DNA of 64,000 nt, taken from Myxococcota bacterium. GTDB lineage: Bacteria; Myxococcota_A; UBA9042; PHBI01; JAWLBL01. The notes under the pieces were generated by a model that was not told the origin of the DNA, made no database searches, and saw only the letters and a list, made by a program, of their open reading frames with translations. The stretch's first letter is position 1, and every line of letters starts with the position of its first letter. Of the stretch, positions 39,942-48,834 are shown in pieces. Where the stretch lies: contig JAWLBL010000001.1 in assembly GCA_041687695.1 (NCBI GenBank), positions 387,461-451,460 on the forward strand, written 5' to 3'. Both the position numbers and the translations under genes were made by a program.

Positions 39942-40979
39942 ATGCATCCCCAGCCCACCGACGCGCCCATCGTCACCGAGCTCGACCTCGCCGCCCTCCC
40001 CTCCGGCCAGACCTCGCGCGTCTGGATCGCCATGGGCGAGGACGGCCGCGGCGCGCCGCTGCTCGTGCCCTGCCTGGTCGCGCGCGGCCAGGCCCCCGGC
40101 CCGGTCGTCGGCCTGACCGCCGCCATCCACGGCAACGAGCTCAACGGCATGCCGATCATCCACCGCCTGTTCCGTCAGCTCGACGCTGCGGCGCTGGTCG
40201 GCGCGGTCATCGGCGTGCCCGTCCTGAACCTGCCGGGTTTCCTGCGCAGCCAGCGCGAGTTCCTCGAGGGCAAGGACCTCAACCGCATCATGCCGGGCCG
40301 CCCGGGTGGCAGCTCGGCCGAGGTCTACGCCCACAACATCCTCAGCCGCATCGTCGGCCGCTTCGACGTCCTCATCGACCTCCACACGGCCAGCTTCGGT
40401 CGCGTCAACTCGCTGTACGTGCGGGCCGACATGGACGACCCGGTGGTCGCGCGGATGGCGCGCCTGCAAAACCCGCAGATCATCGTGCACAACCGGGGCG
40501 GCGACGGGACCCTGCGCGGCGCGGCGGCTCAGCGCGGCATCCCGTCCATCACGGTCGAGGCCGGCGACCCGCAGCGCTTCCAGCGCGCGGTCATCGACAC
40601 GTCCATCCTGGGGCTGCGCAACGTGCTCGAGGATCTCGACATGCTGCCGCCGGACGAGCACGAGCCCGTCGAGCCGGTGCTGTGCGAGCGCTCGTACTGG
40701 CTGTACACCGATCGCGGCGGGGTGCTCGAGGTGCTGCCCGGACTTGCGGTGCGCGTGACGCGCGGCGAGGTCATCGCGCGGCTGCGCGATTTGTTCGGCG
40801 ACGTCGTCTGCGAGTACCGCGCGCCCGAAGACGGCGTGGTGGTCGGCAAGAGCACCAACCCGGTCGCCGAGACCGGGGCGCGCATCCTGCACCTGGGGGT
40901 GGTCGTCGAGCGCGCCGGGCCGGTGGCCCCGACGTCCCTCAAGCGGCTCCGGGATCTGGTCGCCTCGCGCGCCGCCTGA
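39942..40979 (+). CDS. Succinylglutamate desuccinylase/aspartoacylase family (M14-like) hydrolase
   Basis: AAIHGNELNG, DLNRIMPG, IDLHTAS, ITVEAGDP, C-terminal lipoyl-like G.VIA...D.FG..APEDGVV. Confidence 0.92.
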   Translation: MHPQPTDAPIVTELDLAALPSGQTSRVWIAMGEDGRGAPLLVPCLVARGQAPGPVVGLTAAIHGNELNGMPIIHRLFRQLDAAALVGAVIGVPVLNLPGFLRSQREFLEGKDLNRIMPGRPGGSSAEVYAHNILSRIVGRFDVLIDLHTASFGRVNSLYVRADMDDPVVARMARLQNPQIIVHNRGGDGTLRGAAAQRGIPSITVEAGDPQRFQRAVIDTSILGLRNVLEDLDMLPPDEHEPVEPVLCERSYWLYTDRGGVLEVLPGLAVRVTRGEVIARLRDLFGDVVCEYRAPEDGVVVGKSTNPVAETGARILHLGVVVERAGPVAPTSLKRLRDLVASRAA

Positions 40980-41949
40980 GCGCCGCCAGGGCCAGCCCCG
41001 CCAGCCACCCCGCCGCGCCCCCGCCGCCGCCGCTACAGCCGTCATCGGGCCGCGGCGCGCACAGGGCCTGCGTCACCTCGAGCTCGGGCTGGTCCTCCTC
41101 GGGCACCTCGAGGTCGTCGTGGTCGAAGCAGACGCGCCCGACGCCGCCGCTCTGGTCGACGAGGTTGCGCTCCTCGACCGCGATGCAGTAGCGGTCCAAC
41201 GCGATGTCGACCTGGGCGTCCACGAACCCCTGGGCCCCGTTGCTGCTGGGGAAGAAGGGGGTCAGCGCGTACCCGACGGGCCCCTCGAGCCATGCGCGGT
41301 AGACGATGTAGGGCATCGTGGGCGACGTGATGACGAAGGGAAAGGTGAGGCGCGCCAGCGGCAGCGGCGTGCGCGAGAGCTGGCAGGCGTCACACACGCC
41401 TTCGATGCAGATCGCGTGGCCAGGGTCCGGACAGCAGACCTCGGTCGCGTGTACCCAGTGCGACAGCGACTCCAGCGCGACCGTGGGCGCCTGACCGCGA
41501 CGCATGGTCTGGTCGAGCGCGACGAAGGTGCCCGAGACGGACCGATCCCCCATCGAGAACGGGCTGCCCCAGGCTTCGGCCAGCGCGTCGTTGCGGGCGA
41601 GGACGGTCACCGTGTGCTCGACGTTCAGGGCGAGCGGCGCGAGCGGCCGCCAGATCAGCACGCCGTGGTCCTCGTCCCAGCGGGTGGAGCCCTGGACGCC
41701 GCCACCGGGACCCGTCACGTCGACCTGGAGGTAGGCCACGGCGTCGGCGGCCGTGCGGCCGGGGGCGTTGGAGCCGTCGGCGCTGAAGGTGGCGCCGAGG
41801 ACCAGGCCGCCGTCCGCGGGGATCTGCACGCCGCTGGGGATCCAGCCGAGCGTCCAGAAGTTGGCGGGGACCTCCACCGGGAAGCCCGGGGCGGCGGGGG
41901 CCTCGGCGACCAAGCTCAACGCGACGAACAGGGCGGTCCGGGCGATCAA
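40939..41949 (-). CDS. Secreted protein with Ig-like domain and MYXO-CTERM-type sorting signal
   Basis: C-terminal DDGCSGGGGGAAGWLAGLALAALRRRARR; WRPLAPLALNVEHTVTV; paralog of 41983-43011. Confidence 0.75.
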   Translation of the reverse strand: MIARTALFVALSLVAEAPAAPGFPVEVPANFWTLGWIPSGVQIPADGGLVLGATFSADGSNAPGRTAADAVAYLQVDVTGPGGGVQGSTRWDEDHGVLIWRPLAPLALNVEHTVTVLARNDALAEAWGSPFSMGDRSVSGTFVALDQTMRRGQAPTVALESLSHWVHATEVCCPDPGHAICIEGVCDACQLSRTPLPLARLTFPFVITSPTMPYIVYRAWLEGPVGYALTPFFPSSNGAQGFVDAQVDIALDRYCIAVEERNLVDQSGGVGRVCFDHDDLEVPEEDQPELEVTQALCAPRPDDGCSGGGGGAAGWLAGLALAALRRRARRPDPGAA

Positions 41950-41982
41950 CGGGGCTCCTGGGCAGCGCAGACGCCTCGAGTC

Positions 41983-43011
41983 TTAGCAGCGTTCGGCGGA
42001 GGACGCCAAGCGGGCGCGCCGTCGCAGCGCCGCCAAAGCCACCAACGCCAGCAGCCATGAGGACGGGGGCGCGGAGGCGCCCTGGCAGCCGCCGTCGGAG
42101 TCGGCGCCGGCCGCCTTGGCGACCGCCGGCTCGAAGCAGGCGCCCTCGGCCGGCACCTCGGGGCCGAAAGCGCGGGCCGGCAGCTCGGCCGCGCCCAGGC
42201 ACACCTCGGTCGACCGGGTCTCGGCATGGACGAGGTGCTGGACCTCGACGGTGACGCAGTAGGTGTCGAGCGGGACGTCGAAGGGGGCGAAGACCTCGAC
42301 CACGTCGCCGCGGACCTGGGCCGAGAAGTGGGTCAGCACGTAGCCGCCAGGGCCGGTGAGGTGGGCCGAGGCGAGCACGTAGGACGACAGAGCCTCGGGC
42401 AGCCCGTGCGCCAGCGTCAGCAGGGCGCGCGGCATCACGACCGACACGCGCCCGCAGCCGCCACAGCCCTCGGCGCACAGGCCGGCGGAGGTGTCGCAGC
42501 AGACCTCGATGAACGCGCTGTGCTGGCCCGGCTCGACCTCGACGAGCGTGGGATCGACCGGCGCCGGCGTCGCCTCGGCCCCGGCGACCAGCCGCCAGGT
42601 CGTGCTGGCGTCGACCGAGCTCCAGCTGGGCAGGCCCAGGGCCTCGGCCATGGCCACGTTGCGGGCCTGCACGGCCAGGTCGTACTCGCCCGAGGGCGTC
42701 AGCGGCGTCGTCGCCGTCCACAGCGCGCGGCGCGGCCCTTCCAGCCACGTCACCTCGCCCATGACCGGCACGCGATCTTCGCCGTCAAGGGCGGTCACGG
42801 TCACGTCCAGCCAGTCGAGGCCGACCTCGCCGACCTGCCCGGTGTGATCCTCCCAGAACGCCGGCACGACGACCACGCCCTCGAGCGGCACCTGGACGAC
42901 GGCGGACGGCGGCTCCTGCAGCCACCAGGTCGGGCTGGGCGGCGGCGGCGCGCCCGCCGTCTCGGCGGGGAGGGCCCACAAGAGCGGCATCAAGACGGTG
43001 AACGGGAGCAT
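41983..43011 (-). CDS. Secreted protein with Ig-like domain and MYXO-CTERM-type sorting signal
   Basis: C-terminal DGGCQGASAPPSSWLLALVALAALRRRAR; shares ARN.A.AEA.G.P, EVCC...C.EG.C..C, L.GP.GY.LT.F and D.YC..VE...LV with neighbour. Confidence 0.75.
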   Translation of the reverse strand: MLPFTVLMPLLWALPAETAGAPPPPSPTWWLQEPPSAVVQVPLEGVVVVPAFWEDHTGQVGEVGLDWLDVTVTALDGEDRVPVMGEVTWLEGPRRALWTATTPLTPSGEYDLAVQARNVAMAEALGLPSWSSVDASTTWRLVAGAEATPAPVDPTLVEVEPGQHSAFIEVCCDTSAGLCAEGCGGCGRVSVVMPRALLTLAHGLPEALSSYVLASAHLTGPGGYVLTHFSAQVRGDVVEVFAPFDVPLDTYCVTVEVQHLVHAETRSTEVCLGAAELPARAFGPEVPAEGACFEPAVAKAAGADSDGGCQGASAPPSSWLLALVALAALRRRARLASSAERC

Positions 43012-43044
43012 GGCGACCCTCCTGCCGGGATGAGCGAGTGAGTG

Positions 43045-43060
43045 AGCAAGGCCCGTGCCA
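43045..43060 (-). promoter_or_regulatory. Sigma-54 (-24/-12) promoter for the MYXO-CTERM gene pair
   Basis: Minus strand TGGCACG-GGCC-TTGCT matches consensus TGGCACG-N4-TTGC, 33 bp upstream of ATG 43011. Confidence 0.75.
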
Positions 43061-43316
43061 TCTCATGGCGCAGGGCTCACGCCGCGCGACAGCCGGCGAG
43101 TGTGGTGATCGTCTACACCCTGGCCGCCCGGTTGACGAGCAGCCCCGCCGCGCACGCTCCGCGTCGGGCCTCGCGCCCGGCTGCTGGCCTCTCGGGCGCC
43201 CCCTCGCTAGAGTCACCCCGTATCCGCCGCTCGGCTCGAGGCGCGCTCTCTCGGCGTACAGCCCGGCCCTCCCCCTCGCCCGGCCCAGCGGCCCGACCCG
43301 ACGAAGGTCCCCGCCC

Positions 43317-44561
43317 ATGATCGCGCTGCACGGCCGCTCCTACGCCCTGCCCCGCCGCAAGACCGTCGCCTTCTGCGTCGACGGCTGCGCGCCCGAGTAC
43401 CTCGATCTGGCCCTCGAGGACGGCCTGATGCCTCGCCTCGCCGCGGCCCTGGCCGCCGGCGGCGTCTACGCGCGCGGCCACGGCCAGATGCCCAGCTTCA
43501 CCAACCCCAACAACCTGTCCATCGTCACGGGCCAGCCGCCCGCGGTCCACGGCATCTGCGGCAACACCCTCTGGGACGCCGCGGCCGGCGCCGAGGTCCC
43601 GATGAACGACCCCTCGATGCTGCGCTCGCCCACCCTGTTCGAGCGCTTCGAGGCGGCCGGCGTCCGCACCCTGTGCGTCACCGCCAAGGACAAGCTGCGC
43701 CGCCTGCTGGGCGCCACGGTCGAGGGCGGCCCAGCCCCGGTGTCCCTGTCGGCCGAGAAGGCCCACGAGCAGACCGTCCCCGGCCCCGACGGCCGCCCCG
43801 TGCCCGTCACCGAGGTGGTCGGCCGCCCCAACCCCGGCATCTACGACTGGGACATCTCGCACTACGCGATGGAGATGGGTCTCGCGCTGCACCAGCGCCT
43901 CGGCGCCCAGCTGCTCTACGTCTCGCTGACCGACTACGTGCAGCACAAGGAGGGCCCGCGCGGCGAGATGTCCGACCGCTTCTACGCGCGCTTCGACGCG
44001 CTCCTGGGCGCCTACCTCGACGCCGGCTTCGTCTGCGGGCTCACCGCCGACCACGGCATGAACGACAAGACCCGCCCCGACGGCTCGCCCAACGTCCGGT
44101 ACCTCGAGGACGCCCTCGCCCAGGCCGACGTCACGGGCGCTCACGTCCTGCTGCCCATCACCGACCCCTACGTCGTCCACCACGGCGCCCTCGGCTCCTT
44201 CGCCACCGTCTACGTCGACGCCGAGCTCGCCCCGCGCGCTCGCCGCGCCCTGGCCGACCTCCCCGGCGTCGAGGCGGTCCTGACCCGCGACGCCGCCGCC
44301 GCCCGCTTCCAGCTGCCCCCCGACCGCATCGGCGACCTCGTCGTCCTCGGCGACCGCCACACCGTCCTCGGCAAGCGCGCCGACCTCCACGACCTCTCGG
44401 CCGTCCAGCAGGGCCTGCGCTCCCACGGCGGCCTGCACGAGGCCACCGTCCCCCTGGTCGTCCTCGCCCCCCTCCGCCCCGACGCCCTCGCCCGCCTGAC
44501 CCGCGGCGACGCCACCAACGCCGACCTCTTCGATCTCATGCTCAACGGCACCGTCGACTGA
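43317..44561 (+). CDS. phnA: Phosphonoacetate hydrolase
   Basis: CVDGC.PEY, MPSFTNPNNLSIVTG, HGICGN, TAKDKLR, TDYVQHK, TADHGM, LPITDPYVVHHGALGSFAT, DRIGDLVV, LRSHGG. Confidence 0.95.
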   Translation: MIALHGRSYALPRRKTVAFCVDGCAPEYLDLALEDGLMPRLAAALAAGGVYARGHGQMPSFTNPNNLSIVTGQPPAVHGICGNTLWDAAAGAEVPMNDPSMLRSPTLFERFEAAGVRTLCVTAKDKLRRLLGATVEGGPAPVSLSAEKAHEQTVPGPDGRPVPVTEVVGRPNPGIYDWDISHYAMEMGLALHQRLGAQLLYVSLTDYVQHKEGPRGEMSDRFYARFDALLGAYLDAGFVCGLTADHGMNDKTRPDGSPNVRYLEDALAQADVTGAHVLLPITDPYVVHHGALGSFATVYVDAELAPRARRALADLPGVEAVLTRDAAAARFQLPPDRIGDLVVLGDRHTVLGKRADLHDLSAVQQGLRSHGGLHEATVPLVVLAPLRPDALARLTRGDATNADLFDLMLNGTVD

Positions 44562-44582
44562 ACCCGCCCGCCCGGAGCCCGC

Positions 44583-46064
44583 ATGACCACCCCCTCCCTG
44601 TCCACCCCCGACCCGTCCACCCCCGCCCTGTCGCTGTCCGGCCCCCCCTACGACTTCCTCGCCCTGGTCGACGGCCGCCCCGTCGACGCCCGCTACCGCT
44701 TCGACGTCCACCACCCCTACACCGGCCAGGTCGTCGGCAGCGCCCCGCTGATGACCGCCGACGACGTCCTGCGCGCCGTCCGCCTCGCCGCCGAGCCCCA
44801 CGAGACGCCCTCCCGGTTCGAGCGCAGCCAGATCCTGCTGCGCGCCGCCGCCCGCCTCGAGGCCGAGGCCGAGGCCGTCGCCCGGCTCATCACCTGGGAG
44901 TCGGGCCTGTGCCTCAAGGACACGCGCCACGAGGTCGCCCGCACCCTGGACGTGCTGCGCTTCGCCGCCAGCGAGGCCCTGCGCGACGACGGCGAGTGCT
45001 ACGCCTGCGACACCTCCGCCCACGGGCGCGACCGCCGCGCCTACACGCTGCGGCAGCCGGTGCGCCTGGTCGCGGCCATCACCCCCTTCAACCACCCGCT
45101 CAACCAGGTGGCCCACAAGGTCGCGCCCGCCATCGCCGCCTGCGCGCCCATGGTCCTCAAGCCTAGCGAGAAGACGCCCCTGGCCGGGATGTGGCTCGTC
45201 CATGCGCTCAACGAGGCCGGGCTGCCGCCGAACATGCTCAGCGTCGTGACCGGGCGCCCCGAGGTGGTCTGCCCCATCCTCGTCGAGCACCCCGACGTCG
45301 AGGTGGTGGCCTTCACGGGCGGCGTGAAGATCGGCAAGCAGATCGCCCTGCAGGCCGGCTACAAGCGGACGGTGCTGGAGCTGGGCGGCAACGCGCCGCT
45401 CATCGTGATGGGCGACGCGGACCTCGACGAGGCCGCTGCCCTGGCCGTCGGTGGCGCCTACAAGAACTCGGGCCAGCGCTGCACCGCCGTCAAGCGCCTG
45501 CTGGTCCACCACGACCTCGCCGACGCGTTCGTGGACCGCTTCACGGCGGCCTCCGAGGCCCTGAAGGTCGGCGACCCCTTCGACGAGGACACCGATCTCG
45601 GCACCGTCATCGACGAGCCGGCCGCCATCCGCTTGGAGGAGCAGGCCGAGCGCATCCTGGCCGAGGGCGCCAAGCTGCGCTACGGGCTGCGCCGCAAGGG
45701 CGCGCAGCTGTGGCCGACCGTGATGGACCACGTGCCGCAGGACAGCGAGGCCATCCGCGAAGAGGCCTTCGGCCCCCTGGCCCCCATCCAGCGCTTCGGC
45801 TCGGTGGACGAGGCCATCGCCCTGGCCAACGGCACGCCCTATGGCCTGGCGGCCGGCGTGTGCACCAACGACGCCAAGGCCATGCTGCGCTTCGTCCGCG
45901 AGCTGCGCCACGGCACGGTGAACATCCGCGAGGTGCCGGGCTTCCGCACCGAGGCCACGCCCTTCGGCGGCATCAAGGACAGCGGCCTGGGCGTCAAGGA
46001 GGGCGTGGTCTACGCCATCAAGGCGATGAGCAACCTGAAGCTCTACACGCTGCCCTGGCGCTGA
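44583..46064 (+). CDS. phnY: Phosphonoacetaldehyde dehydrogenase
   Basis: ALDH motifs ITPFNHPLNQVAHK, LELGGN, KNSGQRCTAVKR, EEAFGP; family-typical ESGLCLKD..E..R and PGFRTE..PFGGIKDSGLG.KEGV; directly follows phnA. Confidence 0.9.
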   Translation: MTTPSLSTPDPSTPALSLSGPPYDFLALVDGRPVDARYRFDVHHPYTGQVVGSAPLMTADDVLRAVRLAAEPHETPSRFERSQILLRAAARLEAEAEAVARLITWESGLCLKDTRHEVARTLDVLRFAASEALRDDGECYACDTSAHGRDRRAYTLRQPVRLVAAITPFNHPLNQVAHKVAPAIAACAPMVLKPSEKTPLAGMWLVHALNEAGLPPNMLSVVTGRPEVVCPILVEHPDVEVVAFTGGVKIGKQIALQAGYKRTVLELGGNAPLIVMGDADLDEAAALAVGGAYKNSGQRCTAVKRLLVHHDLADAFVDRFTAASEALKVGDPFDEDTDLGTVIDEPAAIRLEEQAERILAEGAKLRYGLRRKGAQLWPTVMDHVPQDSEAIREEAFGPLAPIQRFGSVDEAIALANGTPYGLAAGVCTNDAKAMLRFVRELRHGTVNIREVPGFRTEATPFGGIKDSGLGVKEGVVYAIKAMSNLKLYTLPWR

Positions 46065-46083
46065 GACCGAGGGCGCGCGCCCC

Positions 46084-46620
46084 TCAGTCGATGAGGGTCG
46101 AGATCTGGCAGCTGCGGCCGCCGATGGTGTTGTTCTCCCACTTGGTGAAGCCGCCGGTGCCGCAGATGTCGTACTGGTCGCTGAGATCCCCGCAGTCGTC
46201 CGCGCTGAAGCAGCGGCGCTGGCAGATGTTGGGGTACTTCAGGTCGTGCTTCTTCTGCAGCGCGCCGGTCATGTTCAGGCACAGGTGCGTGTCGCCGCCG
46301 TCGGGCGGGTTGCAGCCGCCGTCGCAGGGCCGCGTGCAGAAGCGGAACGGGGCCATGTAGGCCTCGTCGTAGCAGTAGCCGGTGTCGCACTCGCAGTGCG
46401 AGGCGCACTCGGCGCCGATGACCTTGTCCCCCAGCGTCTCGCAGGTCTCGACGTCCTCGGTGGCGTCGGCGCCGCCGTCCGTCCCGGTGGTGGTGTCGGT
46501 CTTGGCCGTGTCCGCGCCGATGGCGGTGTCGGTGTCGGACTTGGATTGGCCCTCGAGCGAGCAAGCCGAGAGCGTGCAGGCGATGGAAGCGACGAGGGCG
46601 AGGCTTGCGAGACGGGTCAT
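46084..46620 (-). CDS. Cys-rich lipoprotein
   Basis: Lipobox LSAC, D/T-rich linker, multiple Cys; AAGGAG SD. Confidence 0.75.
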   Translation of the reverse strand: MTRLASLALVASIACTLSACSLEGQSKSDTDTAIGADTAKTDTTTGTDGGADATEDVETCETLGDKVIGAECASHCECDTGYCYDEAYMAPFRFCTRPCDGGCNPPDGGDTHLCLNMTGALQKKHDLKYPNICQRRCFSADDCGDLSDQYDICGTGGFTKWENNTIGGRSCQISTLID

Positions 46621-46703
46621 GCGGGCTCCTTTCGCGGCGCACCGGGCAGTATGCCCGCCCGGTCGGGCCGCGCCAAGGCCGACCTGCGCTTATCGAAGCG
46701 CTC

Positions 46704-48542
46704 TCAGGCGCGCGCCGTGGCCTCGAAGGCCGCCAGATCCCCGTAGGGCGGCAACCCCCAGGTGGCCCAGTGCGCGGGCGTCGGGGACATCGGCGCGCGG
46801 GCGCGCTGGGCGATGTGCGCGGCCAGGCGGCGCCACGCCTCGTCGGCCGACAGCTCGGGATCGCCCATCAGGCGGGCGGCGCGCAGCTGCAGCGTGTCCA
46901 CGCGCAGCCGCCGCGCCGGGTCGCCGTCGGCGGCGCGCAGCGCGATCTCGAACAGCTCGACGCGCCGGGCGCCCTCGCCGACGGCGCCGCAGGTCACGCG
47001 GCTCACCCGCTCGAACGGCACCGTGCGCGCGGCCCCCAGGGCGATCCGCACCACCATCGCCTCACCGCGCAGCGCGACCAGCAGCGCCGGCTCGGGTTCG
47101 CCGGGGGGCGCGGCGGTCTCGGTGGGCACATCGGGCGCCGCCGGCGCGTCCGAGGGCGCGGCGGCGGGGCCTCGCACGGCGGGTCCCGACGGCGCGGCGG
47201 CGGTCACGGTGAGGCCGGGGTCCGTGGCAGGCGCCGGCTGCGGCTTGGAGGGCGGGGCCAGCTCGGCCCCGGCGGCCGCCAGGTCGACCCGCGAGGGGAC
47301 CTTGACCAGCCGCAGCCCGATGCCGCTGGACTGCTTGAGGATGCGCTGGCCCTTGGAGCGGGCGATGGCCTCGTGATCCCGCGGGCGGTGTCGCTGGGCG
47401 ATGGCCATCCAGCGGACGCGCTCGGTCTCGTCCCAGGTGATGTTGGCCAGGCGCTCGGCGGCGCGGGCGCCGACGGGATCGGGCGGCGGCAGCTCCGTCA
47501 GCTCGACCAGGAAGTCGCGCGCGGCGTCACGGTGACCTTCGAGCAGCGCCTCGGCCAACGCCAGGCGGAGCGCGGGCGGGCCCCGATCGCCGGTCGCGTC
47601 CACCACCCGCTGCCAGCGGTCGAGGGCGGCCATGGCCTTTCCCTCGGCGGCGAAGCGCTCGGCGGCCGCATGCAGCACGTCCGCGCCGTCGGCGGGGTAG
47701 CCGTCGGCGACGTAGCCCTGCCAGAGGGCGTCGGCGAGGCGCGGGTCGGCGTCAGGCGCCCGCCAGGCGGCGCGGAGCAGCTGGCGGGCCTCGGAGCGGC
47801 GACCCGCGGCGACGTGGGCGCGGGCCTGCACCAGGGGCAGCGGCTCGTCCGGCGTGGCGGTCGGCAACCAGGCGAGGACGGGCGCGGAGGGCGCGGAGGG
47901 CGCCTGGTCGGCTTCGGCCTCGGGTTCGGCGTCGGCGGGCGCGTCACCGGTCGCGACCCGCAGCCCGGCGCCGACGGCGGCGCCGAGGCCCAGCACGACG
48001 CCCTGGACGGCTACGACGAGGCTAGAGGCGCCCGCGCCGACGAGGCCCAGGACGACCGCGACCAGGGCGGCCGCCAGCGCGACCAGCGGCGCGGCCACGG
48101 GGACCCCGCCGCGCGTGGACGGCACGAACGCCAACAGCCGAACGTCGTCGCGCCAGAACAGCCCCAGGGTCGCGCCACACAGGCCGGCGACCGCGCTCGA
48201 CGGGCCGACCAGCGGCGGCGCCCCCTCGGCCGCGACCAGCGCGTACAGCGCCGCGGACCCGAGGCCCAGGCCGACGTAGACGCCCGCCAGCGGCCAGGCC
48301 CCGAGGCGCTCCTCGACGGCCGGGCCGACCAGCGCCAGGGCCAGCAGGCATCCGACCAGCTGCAGGACGCCGCCCGGCGCCAGCAGCAGCCCCATGAGGC
48401 CAGCCGCCGAGGGCGCCCCGGGCGCGAAGCCCAGCGCCCCCTCGCCGACGGCCGCGACGACGAAGCCGGCCACCAGGGTGACGCCGATGGCCAAGCTGGC
48501 CCACGGCCGATCCGGCCCGTCCTCGCGCGCTGCCCTGCCCAT
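46704..48542 (-). CDS. Degenerate rhomboid-like membrane domain fused to TPR-like helical domain
   Basis: GPAVEERLG and PLVGPSSAVAGLCG align with rhomboid motifs; C-terminal helical repeats. Start uncertain. Confidence 0.65.
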   Translation of the reverse strand: MGRAAREDGPDRPWASLAIGVTLVAGFVVAAVGEGALGFAPGAPSAAGLMGLLLAPGGVLQLVGCLLALALVGPAVEERLGAWPLAGVYVGLGLGSAALYALVAAEGAPPLVGPSSAVAGLCGATLGLFWRDDVRLLAFVPSTRGGVPVAAPLVALAAALVAVVLGLVGAGASSLVVAVQGVVLGLGAAVGAGLRVATGDAPADAEPEAEADQAPSAPSAPVLAWLPTATPDEPLPLVQARAHVAAGRRSEARQLLRAAWRAPDADPRLADALWQGYVADGYPADGADVLHAAAERFAAEGKAMAALDRWQRVVDATGDRGPPALRLALAEALLEGHRDAARDFLVELTELPPPDPVGARAAERLANITWDETERVRWMAIAQRHRPRDHEAIARSKGQRILKQSSGIGLRLVKVPSRVDLAAAGAELAPPSKPQPAPATDPGLTVTAAAPSGPAVRGPAAAPSDAPAAPDVPTETAAPPGEPEPALLVALRGEAMVVRIALGAARTVPFERVSRVTCGAVGEGARRVELFEIALRAADGDPARRLRVDTLQLRAARLMGDPELSADEAWRRLAAHIAQRARAPMSPTPAHWATWGLPPYGDLAAFEATARA

Positions 48543-48664
48543 CCGCGTGCCCCCGCCCCCGCTCGCCTGCCCCAGCACCCGGCCCAGCATGCACCCGCGG
48601 GGCTCCCGTGCCAAGCGCGCCCCGGGCGCGGGGCAGGGGGGTCGAGTTCCAGTTCGGGCCACCT

Positions 48665-48787
48665 GACTGCACGAGCTCGCTCGTGCTCCGGCATGGCGCA
48701 GCTCGCTGCGCCCGCAAGGCTACAGTCCCATCCCTCCGCGCGCAGCTAGCTGCGCGGGCCCTAGAGCCTGAGCAAGCTCGGGCCGTC
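48665..48787. repeat. Second GGAC-type palindromic repeat cluster
   Basis: GACTGCACGAGCTCGCTCGTGCTCCGGC identical to 39793-39820; further hairpins GGCGCAGCTCGCTGCGCC and CGCGCAGCTAGCTGCGCG. Confidence 0.75.
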
Positions 48788-48834
48788 AAACGCGCCCGTA
48801 GCTAGAACTCGATAGCCCTGGGGCGCGGGACCGG

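Noticed and set aside
48590..48615. TGGCACG on minus strand as sigma-54 promoter for the rhomboid-like gene
   Set aside because: No GC at the -12 position with correct spacing; same for the TGGCACG near 59556.
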